DNA from: Phycisphaerae bacterium
Lineage (GTDB): Bacteria; Planctomycetota; Phycisphaerae; UBA1845
Assembly (NCBI GenBank): GCA_963666835.2
Contig: CAXXGO010000005.1
Span: 1-64,000 of the forward strand
Direction: 5' to 3'
Length of the DNA: 64,000 nucleotides
In this document: piece after piece, positions 9,955 through 19,288 of the stretch
Numbering within the stretch: position 1 is the first letter of the stretch
Layout: each line of letters starts with the position of its first letter
Position numbers and translations under genes: made by a program
The notes under the pieces: generated by a model
What the model was told of the DNA's origin: nothing
Database searches by the model: none
Seen by the model: the letters and a program-made list of their open reading frames with translations, nothing else

Positions 9955-11373
9955 TCATTCTATCGTGAATTCGGCAAATCCGTCATCATCCTGGGGAAAA
10001 TCCATGACCGGTTGTGTTTCCGGCATCATCAGCCGATCTGGCTTGACACGGTCAATGCCCGGTTGACTCGCATTCGGCTCAACCGCTTCCATCCGGGTTG
10101 ATGTGGACTGCAGTACTTCCCGCCGCACTGTTTCCATCTGGTCCACGTCCCTCCGGACTGTTTCCGTTCGGGCTGATGCCGGCGTTTGCGTTTCCTGCTG
10201 TTCCGTTTCCTCCCGGGGTATCTCCAAATGAATCGCTTCCGGCTGAACCTTGTTTGCCTGAAACACTGCCTGTTGGACCGGTGGCATCTGAATGGTTTCA
10301 TTCCGAGTCTCGTGCGTGCTGCGTGCCATCGGGTTTGCATCCTGTCTGGCCGGTTCCTGCGGCGGCAGGGTCATCACCTGTCCCACCGGCATGTCTTCCC
10401 CGGGCTTTGCGGGCTGAATGAATCCAATAGGTGCCTGGGTATGTGCTGTTGCAGCAGGATGCACCGGAGCCGATGCTGAGGGTGCGGCGTTCGGAACCAT
10501 CGGCTGCTGCATGGATGCTGCCATGGGAGAACGCGCAGGGTTCTGACCAGGTGAATGGAAAGACATTTGCGGAGACGTCCGGCCAAAGGATTGCGTGGTC
10601 ATGGGAGGTTCCTGCCCGACCGGACGGCCTGTCATCGGAGCCGAACCCGGCATCCCGTTGTATCCCCGTCCCGGCTGTGGCGGCATGTTGCCGGCAGGCC
10701 CCGGTTGTCCGTAAGCGCCGGGCATGTTGCCGGCAGGCCCCGGCTGGCCGTGTGCGCCGCGCATGTTGCCGGCAGGTCCCGGCTGGCCGTGTGCGCCGCG
10801 CATGTTGCCGGCAGGTCCCGGCTGGCCGTGTGCGCCGCGCATGTTGGCGGCAGGTCCCGGTTGGCCGTGTGCGCCGCGTATGTTGCCGGCAGGTCCCGGC
10901 TGGCCGTGTGCGCCGCGCATGTCTCGCTGGGAAGCGTGTCCGCTTGCGTCACGAAACTGGCTGCCCACCGTATTGAAGATTTCCTTCACATTGACAGCGG
11001 TGGACTTGATATCCCGAAAACCAAGCTTGAAGCCCAGCAATATCAGAAACAGACAGGAAATCAGCAGCATGGGCCATGCCGGGGTCAGCAGCAGCAGCAG
11101 CAGGATGGGTACGGTGAACAGGAGTTTTCCCGTCTTGTCCTCCACGGTCATCCGCAAATCGAATCCCTTTTGCAAAAGCTCGAGGATCCAACGCCCAAAA
11201 TCTCCTTTTTGCTGTGGCTTTTTCACCGGAGGCCGCCAGGCAGCCTTTGTCTTCTCAAAATCAATGATGGCGTCGAGTACATCACCCTGATGCCGTTCCA
11301 GGAAAACCCGCGCGTCCTCATAACTGCTGTTTGTCCGTTTGCGAAACTCATCAATCTGTTCGATGGTGATCAT
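9955..11373 (-). CDS. DUF4342-like protein (UBA/TS-N-like N-terminus, TM segment) with long Gly/Pro/Gln-rich repeat tail
   Basis: MITIEQIDEFRKRTNSSYEDARVFLE..GDVLDAII. RBS GGAGGG before ATG 11373. Hydrophobic segment followed by repeats. Confidence 0.65.
   Translation of the reverse strand: MITIEQIDEFRKRTNSSYEDARVFLERHQGDVLDAIIDFEKTKAAWRPPVKKPQQKGDFGRWILELLQKGFDLRMTVEDKTGKLLFTVPILLLLLLTPAWPMLLISCLFLILLGFKLGFRDIKSTAVNVKEIFNTVGSQFRDASGHASQRDMRGAHGQPGPAGNIRGAHGQPGPAANMRGAHGQPGPAGNMRGAHGQPGPAGNMRGAHGQPGPAGNMPGAYGQPGPAGNMPPQPGRGYNGMPGSAPMTGRPVGQEPPMTTQSFGRTSPQMSFHSPGQNPARSPMAASMQQPMVPNAAPSASAPVHPAATAHTQAPIGFIQPAKPGEDMPVGQVMTLPPQEPARQDANPMARSTHETRNETIQMPPVQQAVFQANKVQPEAIHLEIPREETEQQETQTPASARTETVRRDVDQMETVRREVLQSTSTRMEAVEPNASQPGIDRVKPDRLMMPETQPVMDFPQDDDGFAEFTIE
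10685..10920. repeat. Six ~39-bp tandem repeats encoding (M/I)(R/P)GA(H/Y)GQPGPA(G/A)N
   Basis: Near-identical units GCATGTTGCCGGCAGGTCCCGGCTGGCCGTGTGCGCCGC. Confidence 0.95.
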
Positions 11374-11686
11374 GTCCGGGTCCCTCCATCCACTGTCCAT
11401 TCATCATATCATGTCAGGTTTCACACGCAATGCCGATTCCCATGCAAAGAGCCGCTTTGCGGGTTTCCACCGCCGGATTCGCCAATTCGCTTCCCGCACG
11501 GCACACATGCGCACCATGCCCCCACAGGCATTCAGGAATTCCTTCTGCCAACCTCATGACCCCATCATATCGGGCAACCATGAGATCAGCATTGTCGATG
11601 GATGAGAGTTTCATGAGAATCCGGCCATGTCCATGAGAATCCTCTGGCATCATGCATTCCCAGCCTGTTTCCCGGATGCCTTCCAT

Positions 11687-11785
11687 ATGCTATCCTGTCA
11701 TTGTGAAACAATGACAGGACCAGCTGAAAACCCGACTGAAGTCATTCAGGATGCTATCCTGGCATTGTGAAGCAATGATTGGAGG
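11687..11785 (+). promoter_or_regulatory. Duplicated 28-nt element, each copy a hairpin; the second overlaps the RBS of the glycosidase gene
   Basis: ATGCTATCCTGTCATTGTGAAACAATGA (11687) and ATGCTATCCTGGCATTGTGAAGCAATGA (11751). The first forms a perfect 12-bp stem TCCTGTCATTGT-GAA-ACAATGACAGGA. Confidence 0.5.
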
Positions 11786-11792
11786 CACAACA

Positions 11793-13736
11793 ATGGAATT
11801 CCACGTGAGAAAGAATGGTACCGATTACGGTCCGGGAACAGCCGACGCCCCATTTCAAACCATCTCAAGGGCCGCGCGCATCGCACTGCCCGGTGATGTC
11901 ATCACTGTGCACGAAGGCATCTACCGTGAATGGGTCAATCCGGCCAATGGCGGCACCGAGCACAGCCGCATCGTTTACCAGGCGGCTGAAGGGGAAACCG
12001 TTGTCATTTCCGGTGCGGAAGTGGTAACGGACTGGTTGCCTGTGGATGGCACCGTCTGGAAGGCCATCATCCCCAACAGCCTGTTTGGCGCATTTCATCC
12101 GTACGTGGAAAAGGTGGCGGGCGACTGGTTTTTTGAGCGCGAGAAAACCTTCCATACGGGCGAAGTCTATCTGAACGGCAAGTCCATGTACGAGGCGCAG
12201 TCTCTGGACGGGGTGACAAATCCGGTTGAAACGGAAAACTCCTTTGACAAACCGGGCTCCCTGTACACCTGGTACAGCGAAGTGAACGAAGCAAACACCA
12301 CAATCTGGGCCAATTTCCACGGCGCGGATCCGCGCGGCGGCAATGTGGAAATCAATGTGCGCCCCCATGTGTTTTTCCCGTCACAGACCGGCAAGGGATA
12401 CATCACGGTCCGGGGATTCATTCTGCGACAGGCGGCCACCACCTGGGCGCCTCCCACCGCTTTTCAGTCCGGCTTGGTCGGCCCTCACTGGAGCCGCGGC
12501 TGGATCATCGAGAACAATGAGATCAGCGATTCCAAATGCACCGGCATCAGCCTGGGCAAGGAAATCAGCACCGGCGAGAATGAATGGACCCGCACCGGCT
12601 TCAAGGGCGGCACCCAGCGCGAGCGCGAAGTGATTTTCCGGGCCCTGCACAGCGCCGGCTGGACAAGGGAAACTGTTGGCGGACACATTGTTCGCAACAA
12701 TATCATCCGGGACTGTGAACAGGCCGGCATCGTGGGCCACCTCGGCCCCGCGTTCTCCACCATCTCGCACAATCACATTTTCCGTGTCCATTACAAGCGC
12801 CAATTCCATGGCGCGGAAGTGGGCGGCATCAAGTTCCATGCCGCGCTCGACACAATCATTGAGGAAAACACCATCCACGACAGCTACCGCGGAGTATGGC
12901 TCGACTGGCAGGCCCAGGGCACACGCGTCTCCCGCAACGTGTTCTATGACAACTGCAGCGAGGACATGATGGTGGAGGTGTGCCACGGCCCCTACACCAT
13001 CGACCACAACCTGTTCCTGTCCAAATGGGCGTTCAAGGACATGTCTTCCGGCGCGGCGTTCGTACACAACCTCATCCTCGGCAAGTTCGCCGTGTGCCAG
13101 GAGTTGAACCGCTACACCCCCTACCACTTTCCGCACCACACCGATGTGTACGGGGTCTCCAACATCCTTGGCGGTGACGACCGGCTGTACAACAATCTCT
13201 TCCTGCGTGATTTGTCGGATGACGACCAACCGGTGACCGCCAGCTTCTGGAGCGGCGCGCCGGTGATGGACGGCATGCCCGGCAATGTCACCTTCACGCT
13301 GTCGGCGGTCGGCTCCTCCCAGTACGATGCATGCCCCGCCCCGAGCGATCCGCCTCCGGAAGGGCCGCAGGCGTTCCTCCCCCACCGGCTGCCGGTGCAC
13401 ATCGCGCACAACCTGTATCTGAACGGCGCGGCGCCCTATGTGAAGGAAGAAGAACCCACCGTCTGCGCGGACAGCGGCATTGAGGTGGACATCGTGGACC
13501 GGGCCGCCGGCAAGGTGGTTGTCCGGGTAAACAACCCGGTGCAGTTGAACACCGGCAAATGCGAAGTGATCACCACCGACACGCTGGGCATGGCGTACCA
13601 CGCGGAAATGAAGTATGAACAACCGGACGGCAGTCCCCTCCGGTTCGACCGTGATTTCTTTGGGAAAGAGCGAAAAACAGTCATTCCGGGCCCGTTTGAG
13701 GTGTTGGAAAAGGGAGAAATCATCATCGCTTACTGA
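11793..13736 (+). CDS. Right-handed beta-helix glycoside hydrolase, GH120-like (putative beta-xylosidase)
   Basis: FHV..NGTD..PGT...PFQTISRAA...PGD.ITVHEGIYREWVNP, WAPPTAFQSG, GIVGHLG, GIKFHAA, WLDWQAQGTRVSRN. RBS GGAGG at 11781. Confidence 0.8.
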   Translation: MEFHVRKNGTDYGPGTADAPFQTISRAARIALPGDVITVHEGIYREWVNPANGGTEHSRIVYQAAEGETVVISGAEVVTDWLPVDGTVWKAIIPNSLFGAFHPYVEKVAGDWFFEREKTFHTGEVYLNGKSMYEAQSLDGVTNPVETENSFDKPGSLYTWYSEVNEANTTIWANFHGADPRGGNVEINVRPHVFFPSQTGKGYITVRGFILRQAATTWAPPTAFQSGLVGPHWSRGWIIENNEISDSKCTGISLGKEISTGENEWTRTGFKGGTQREREVIFRALHSAGWTRETVGGHIVRNNIIRDCEQAGIVGHLGPAFSTISHNHIFRVHYKRQFHGAEVGGIKFHAALDTIIEENTIHDSYRGVWLDWQAQGTRVSRNVFYDNCSEDMMVEVCHGPYTIDHNLFLSKWAFKDMSSGAAFVHNLILGKFAVCQELNRYTPYHFPHHTDVYGVSNILGGDDRLYNNLFLRDLSDDDQPVTASFWSGAPVMDGMPGNVTFTLSAVGSSQYDACPAPSDPPPEGPQAFLPHRLPVHIAHNLYLNGAAPYVKEEEPTVCADSGIEVDIVDRAAGKVVVRVNNPVQLNTGKCEVITTDTLGMAYHAEMKYEQPDGSPLRFDRDFFGKERKTVIPGPFEVLEKGEIIIAY

Positions 13737-13999
13737 GCCCATCTTACTGAGCCCATCTTGACGGGTCCATCCAGAACAAACCAACATACAGGAATGGGGA
13801 AACAGGAGCATCAACACAGGGTAAGCAAAAAGCGCGACGGTCATCCATTCACCGTCGCGCTTCCTTGTGTTGTCCGGATCCCGTTTCCTTCTTCGCATCC
13901 CTGCGGATCACAATCCCCGACTCATTCTTGTCTGCCACCTTGAAGCAGCCGCCTTCTTTTTTAAACCTTCGGATGGATACAGTCCCATCCGAACAGAAC

Positions 14000-15094
14000 C
14001 TATGTCCTCCGCCTGATCATCATCCATGCCGGCAGCGCAATGGTGGTTTTCTTTTCGCGCACCGACAGGATGACGCTTTGCAGCAGAATGAAGAAGCACA
14101 GCATCAACCCGGTGGTGATGCTCTGCCACCATGGATCCCGAAGACCGGACGCACGCACGATGTTGTTGATGGTCATCAGGGAAAGCACGCCAAACAGGGT
14201 GCCGATGACATTGCCCACGCCACCGGTCAGCAGCGTGCCTCCGATGATGGAAGACGCAATGGCCTGCATCTCCGCGGCGGTGGCATTGGCCGCGTCTCCC
14301 GCCCCGGTATGAAGCAGATACACAAAGCCGCCGATGCCGGCCAGCAACCCGGACAACAGATAGGCAAAAAACTTGGTCCGCTTCACATTGATGCCAAGCA
14401 TCATGGCGCTTTGCATATTCCCGCCCACGGCATACAGGTTTCGTCCGAACCGCGTCCAGCCCAGCATGAAGAAGATGGCCAGTACAACCAGAATGGCCAC
14501 AACCACCCCCGGCTCGATGCTGGCGGGGATGAAATTGCCTGTCTTGCCATAGTAGCCAATCCCCGGAATCACGATCCGGAATGCCTTCAGCGCCAGAAAG
14601 GACTCCAGACCGGCTGTCTGCGGATCGTTGCTGATGATGGTGATCATGCCGCGTGCGAAGAACATGCCCGCCAGGCTGACGATGAACGGCTGAATCTCCA
14701 GATAGGATACCAGCAGCCCCTGAATCAGTCCGAACGCGAGCCCAATGCCCAGCGCCATGATCAGGGAACCCAAAACACTGCCGTTGCCGCTGTTAAGATG
14801 GACCACGCATGACATGGTCACGAGTGCGGTGACGCCTCCCACAGAGATGTCGATGCCACCGGTGATCATCACCACGGTCAGCCCGCACGAAATGACGATG
14901 AGGAACGCGTTGTTGTTGAAGATATCCAGAAACTGCTGTGGATTGAGGAAACCGCCGCCCCAGACCAGCATGGCCAGTGCGTACATGCCGAAGAAAGTGC
15001 CAATGGTGATGGCCAGGAGCAGATTTGTGTTGGAAATCGGCTCCCGGATGGTTTTACCGGATGCACCGGACAAGTTTTCCTGTTTGCTCGTCAT
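14000..15094 (-). CDS. Sugar ABC transporter permease (YjfF-like)
   Basis: Multi-TM; TGGIDISVG, TRFGRNLYAVGGN, IIGGTLLTGGVG. Confidence 0.9.
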   Translation of the reverse strand: MTSKQENLSGASGKTIREPISNTNLLLAITIGTFFGMYALAMLVWGGGFLNPQQFLDIFNNNAFLIVISCGLTVVMITGGIDISVGGVTALVTMSCVVHLNSGNGSVLGSLIMALGIGLAFGLIQGLLVSYLEIQPFIVSLAGMFFARGMITIISNDPQTAGLESFLALKAFRIVIPGIGYYGKTGNFIPASIEPGVVVAILVVLAIFFMLGWTRFGRNLYAVGGNMQSAMMLGINVKRTKFFAYLLSGLLAGIGGFVYLLHTGAGDAANATAAEMQAIASSIIGGTLLTGGVGNVIGTLFGVLSLMTINNIVRASGLRDPWWQSITTGLMLCFFILLQSVILSVREKKTTIALPAWMMIRRRT

Positions 15095-15159
15095 CTTCTT
15101 GCTTCTCCCATACTGTCGCGAATCTTCCCGCATTGTTTCTCAAGCCGTTCCATGGCGTG

Positions 15160-16248
15160 TCATGATTCATTCTCCATGGCATTCGCCGGCTTGCGGGTCA
15201 GCCTGTTGATGATCGGCCTGAGTTTAGAATCGCGCAGCCGGGCAAGATATGCCTTGATCACAGGCGACCCGAGCACCACGATCAGGATGATCACAATGGC
15301 CTTGTATGCCTTGACCTGCGTGGATGGCACCTTGATGGCATACAGTGTGGTGGTCAGCGCCTGAATGACATAGGCGCCGATGACAGAACCCTTGAGACTG
15401 AATTTCCCTCCGCCAAGCGCGTTGCCACCAATGGCCACAGCCAGAATCGCATCCATCTCAATGTCCAGGAGGATCTTCTCGTGATTGATGAGGCCGATTT
15501 TACACACGCCGATGGAACCTGCCAGCGCGGCACACACCCCGATGATCATAAACGTGACGAGCTTGATCCCCACCGCGTTGATGCCGTTGAGATGCGCGGA
15601 TTTTTCATTGATGCCCACCGCCTGCGTGTAGAGTCCCAGATTGGTGAACCGAAGCACCAGCGAAACCAGCACCCCGAATGCGATGACAATCAGGATGGGC
15701 GAGGGAATGGGAATGCCGGGAATCAGCTTGCCGATATAGTTGAGCAGCGGACTGTCCACCGTCGGGGTTGCCCCGCCGTTGATCCAGTACGCGATGGATC
15801 GGCCGGCCGAAAACAGAATCAGGGTGGCAATCATGGGCTGAATCTTGAACACGGAAACCAGTGCCCCGTTGAACAGGCCACATATCATCGCGGCGACACA
15901 GGCCGCCAGGAACGCGCCGAGAATGACGGACATTGTGATTTCGTTGCCACGGAGCACACGCACAAAGACGCTGCCCGCAATGGCCGCCACCGCGCCCACA
16001 CTGATGTCCTGCCCTCTCGAGGAGGCCGTGACCAGTGTCATGCCAATCGCAAGAATGGCAAGTTCGGACGCGCCGTCCAGAATGCTGATAAGATTCCCCT
16101 GCAACACCGTGTTGCCATCATTGTTGATGGCCAGTGAGATGGAGAAAAAACCGATGTCTCGGAACAGATTGAATACCACCAGCAGCAGCAACGCGGACAA
16201 TGGCACCAGCAGCTGGGACTTTGAGAGCCTTTCCCACCATTTAGCCAT
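15160..16248 (-). CDS. Sugar ABC transporter permease (YtfT-like)
   Basis: Multi-TM; GQDISVGA, IQPMIATLIL, MDAILAVAIGGNALGGGKF. Confidence 0.9.
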   Translation of the reverse strand: MAKWWERLSKSQLLVPLSALLLLVVFNLFRDIGFFSISLAINNDGNTVLQGNLISILDGASELAILAIGMTLVTASSRGQDISVGAVAAIAGSVFVRVLRGNEITMSVILGAFLAACVAAMICGLFNGALVSVFKIQPMIATLILFSAGRSIAYWINGGATPTVDSPLLNYIGKLIPGIPIPSPILIVIAFGVLVSLVLRFTNLGLYTQAVGINEKSAHLNGINAVGIKLVTFMIIGVCAALAGSIGVCKIGLINHEKILLDIEMDAILAVAIGGNALGGGKFSLKGSVIGAYVIQALTTTLYAIKVPSTQVKAYKAIVIILIVVLGSPVIKAYLARLRDSKLRPIINRLTRKPANAMENES

Positions 16249-17770
16249 CCTGAACCGCCTCCCCCGCAATGGTATGCATAATCTTCGCCTGTGTCATCTC
16301 TTCTCCCCGCAGTTCCCCCACGATGTTGCGATCCCGCATCACAATGAGTCTGGAGCAGGTGCGCAGCATCTCCTCGATTTCGGATGAGATGAACGTCACA
16401 CTCACGCCGTCCTCGGCAAGCTTCAACACCAGCTTCTGAATTTCCACCTTTGTGCCCACATCAATCCCGCGCGTCGGTTCATCCAGAATCAGGTACCGGG
16501 GATTGGTGAGCAGCCAGCGCGCCAGAATGGCCTTTTGCTGGTTGCCGCCGGAGAGCGATTTGATGGGTGTGTCCGAAGAAGCGGTCTTGATGCCCAGCAG
16601 CTTGATATACTTGTCTGCAAACGCTTCGGCCTCCGCTTTGGAGAATGGCCTGAAAAATCCTTTCATGACCTGAAGCGCCAGAATGATATTGTCCCGGACA
16701 GACAGCTCCTCTATCAGTCCATCCTGCTTTCTGTCCTCCGGCAGGTACCCGAGCCCGTAACGCATGGCGTCCCTGGGCTTGGCAATCCGAACAGTGTGTC
16801 CATTGACCTTCACACGACCACCTGTGACGCGATCCGCCCCGAAGATGGCGCGCACGCTTTCACTGCGGCCGGAACCGAGCAGCCCGGTGAACCCGTTCAC
16901 TTCCCCCTTGCGGATCTTGAAATCAAAGGCCTTTGTGCCTGCGGCACTGGACAATCCATGCGCCTCAAACACAGGAATGGTACCATCATCATCATCGGGA
17001 AGCGCCTTCTGTTTTTCCAATCCGGTGATCTCATCGAGTTCCTTGCCCATCATCTTTGAGATCAGCTGCACCCGCGGCAACTCCTTGATTTCGTACGCGC
17101 CAACCAGCTCACCGTTGCGAAGCACGGTGATCCTGTCACACACCTCATACACCTGTTCAAGAAAATGCGTGATGAAGATAATGCCAACGCCCTGATCCTT
17201 CAAGTCGCGCATCAGGGAGAACAGCTTATCCACCTCATTCTCATCAAGGGATGAGGTGGGTTCATCCAGAATCAGCACCTTGCAGTCCATGTCCACGGCC
17301 CGCGCGATGGCAACCATCTGCTGTACGGCCAGCGAACAGGAGGACAGGGGTTGGGTGGCCCTCGCCGGAATATTCAATTTCTCGAGAATGTCCGTTGTCC
17401 GATTTCTGAGCGAACGCCACTGGATGACGCGATCTCCTCCCCGCCCGATGAACATGTTCTCGGCAACGGAGAGGTTCGGGCACAGGGTAATCTCCTGATA
17501 CACCGTGCTGATACCCAGCTGCTGGGCATCCTGTGGCGACTTGATCACGACTTCCTTTTGATGCCCCTCAAGGTGAATCTCACCCGTATCTTTGGGATAC
17601 ACGCCGGTCAGCACCTTAATCAGTGTTGACTTGCCGGCGCCATTCTCTCCCATCAGGGCGTGGATTTCTCCTTTTTTCAGGAAAAAATCCACTTGGTGCA
17701 GCGCACGCACGCCGGGAAATGACTTGGAGATATTCCTCATGGACAATACGATGTCGTTTTCCACAGGCAA
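16241..17770 (-). CDS. Sugar ABC transporter ATP-binding protein (YtfR/RbsA-like, two ABC domains)
   Basis: GENGAGKST, LILDEPTSSL, LSGGNQQK, ILDEPTRGIDVG. Confidence 0.95.
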   Translation of the reverse strand: MPVENDIVLSMRNISKSFPGVRALHQVDFFLKKGEIHALMGENGAGKSTLIKVLTGVYPKDTGEIHLEGHQKEVVIKSPQDAQQLGISTVYQEITLCPNLSVAENMFIGRGGDRVIQWRSLRNRTTDILEKLNIPARATQPLSSCSLAVQQMVAIARAVDMDCKVLILDEPTSSLDENEVDKLFSLMRDLKDQGVGIIFITHFLEQVYEVCDRITVLRNGELVGAYEIKELPRVQLISKMMGKELDEITGLEKQKALPDDDDGTIPVFEAHGLSSAAGTKAFDFKIRKGEVNGFTGLLGSGRSESVRAIFGADRVTGGRVKVNGHTVRIAKPRDAMRYGLGYLPEDRKQDGLIEELSVRDNIILALQVMKGFFRPFSKAEAEAFADKYIKLLGIKTASSDTPIKSLSGGNQQKAILARWLLTNPRYLILDEPTRGIDVGTKVEIQKLVLKLAEDGVSVTFISSEIEEMLRTCSRLIVMRDRNIVGELRGEEMTQAKIMHTIAGEAVQDG

Positions 17771-17788
17771 CCATCCTTCATCAGAAAT

Positions 17789-17826
17789 GTTTCATAAAAG
17801 GTTTCATAAAAAAGTTTCATAAAAAA
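17789..17826. repeat. Three tandem GTTTCATAAAA units upstream of the ABC ATPase
   Basis: GTTTCATAAAAG GTTTCATAAAAAA GTTTCATAAAAAA, AT-rich in a GC-rich context. Confidence 0.8.
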
Positions 17827-17994
17827 CCGCGGTGCGGGCATCCGGCCAAGGCCCCATACCCGGCACCGCACAGGTCTGCATGGTCTCCCGCATGTCCTGA
17901 ATGCGCGAGGCACGCCAAAAAGGAAAGGCAATGCAATGGCAGATGCCAGCACACGTTGTCCCATGAGGCTCCGTGTGCTGGCATCCTTTGGGAA

Positions 17995-19005
17995 TCATTC
18001 ACCCAGACCGTAGGTATCGATGTCTGCCTGCGTGATGGTTTTGGCGTCAAAGCCTTTTTCTTCTGAAATGACCTTCTTTGTCGGCAGTGACTTGCCGGCT
18101 TCCAGATCCTTGATCATTCCTTCGATGACTGCGGCCTGGAAGGGGCTGCACTGGCCGTCATAGTTCCAATTGCCGGCGAGCAGCTCACGAAGCGCCCACT
18201 TGTTGCAGTCAAAACCCATGACGACAACGTCCTTGCCAACGCCGTGCGTGATGCCGGCCGCATCGAGCGCCGCGACAGCGCCCTTGGCCATGCCGTCGTT
18301 CTCCGCGTAGATGACATTGAATTTTTCCTTGGAATTGATGACGGATTCAACGATTTTCTTGGCTTCGGCTTCGTCCCAGGTGGCGGTTTGCTGAACCACC
18401 TTGGTCATGGTGCCGGCGGCAAATTCCTTGTCCAGTGCGCCGGTACGGCCAATCTGCGCGTCAGAGCCCATCGCGCCCTGAATGTGAATGACATTGTATT
18501 CCGGCAGCTTTTGCGCCTTCAGCCAATCCACCGCCGTGATGCCTTCCTGTGCCATGTCGGAAACCACAGCGGCTTCATACAGGCCTTCATCCGTCTTGAT
18601 CATGCGGTCGAACAGGAACACCTTGATGCCGGCTTCCTTGGCCTTGTTCAGCACGGCATCCCAGCCGTCGGTGGCGGCGGCGGAGATGAGCAGGTAGTCC
18701 ACGCCATCGGTGATGAACTGGGAAGCGGCGTTGAGCTGTTCATCGTTCTTCAGGCTGTAGAAGGTGGAAACCTTGTAACCGCTGGCTTCGGTGAAGACTT
18801 TCTCGAAGTCTGCCACATTGGCCGCGCGGTAACCGGATTCGGAGGGGGGATTGTTGACGATGCCCACCTTGAGCACCTTTGCCGCAGGCTGCGCGGCCGC
18901 CTGTGATTCAGACGCCGCAGGTGATGCCGGCGCAGGTGTGGAGGAGCAGGCAACCAGACTCAAAACCATGAGCAAGCTGACCAGAACCAATAATGCCTTT
19001 TTCAT
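17995..19005 (-). CDS. Sugar ABC substrate-binding lipoprotein (YtfQ-like)
   Basis: Lipobox LVA-C; ESGYRAAN, FLFDRMI, IYAENDGMA, GFDCN. RBS AAAGGAG. Confidence 0.88.
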   Translation of the reverse strand: MKKALLVLVSLLMVLSLVACSSTPAPASPAASESQAAAQPAAKVLKVGIVNNPPSESGYRAANVADFEKVFTEASGYKVSTFYSLKNDEQLNAASQFITDGVDYLLISAAATDGWDAVLNKAKEAGIKVFLFDRMIKTDEGLYEAAVVSDMAQEGITAVDWLKAQKLPEYNVIHIQGAMGSDAQIGRTGALDKEFAAGTMTKVVQQTATWDEAEAKKIVESVINSKEKFNVIYAENDGMAKGAVAALDAAGITHGVGKDVVVMGFDCNKWALRELLAGNWNYDGQCSPFQAAVIEGMIKDLEAGKSLPTKKVISEEKGFDAKTITQADIDTYGLGE

Positions 19006-19202
19006 GTTGGGATCTCCTTTCAAATGCTTCAGGTCGGGGATTCGCTCTGTCTGAACCGGTTATATCAGACCGAAAAACCTGCAACAAGCGCTTGGGGGAG
19101 GTTCCATAAGCAATCCAACCATCCCATGAAGAAAGCACACCGCACAGGCGCTTTTCCCTGCAACAGGATTGGATGCATCATATGTTTTCAGACTTCAATC
19201 AT

Positions 19203-19236
19203 AAAAAAACAACCGTCGCTTCTCCAGCGGCGATTG
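19203..19236 (-). terminator. Probable intrinsic terminator after the sensing operon
   Basis: Minus strand CAATCGCCGCT-GGAGA-AGCGACGGTTG followed by T7. Confidence 0.55.
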
Positions 19237-19288
19237 CATCATGTGATCCGGAAAATCCTGTGGGAGAAGCAGACGCGGGCGATGCCGC

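Noticed and set aside
10685..10920. CRISPR array or collagen-like repeat
   Set aside because: Units are contiguous with no spacers, lie in frame in a CDS, have no cas genes nearby, and a 13-aa period is not a Gly-X-Y triplet pattern.
13729..13759. 15-bp tandem duplication CTTACTGAGCCCATC at the glycosidase stop
   Set aside because: Real but most likely a trivial slippage duplication; no element lies between the copies.
12381..13898. 505-aa minus-strand ORF and similar long antisense ORFs (e.g. 49666-51159, 53917-54957, 22061-23107)
   Set aside because: GC-rich antisense shadows of well-supported genes, with no motifs of their own.
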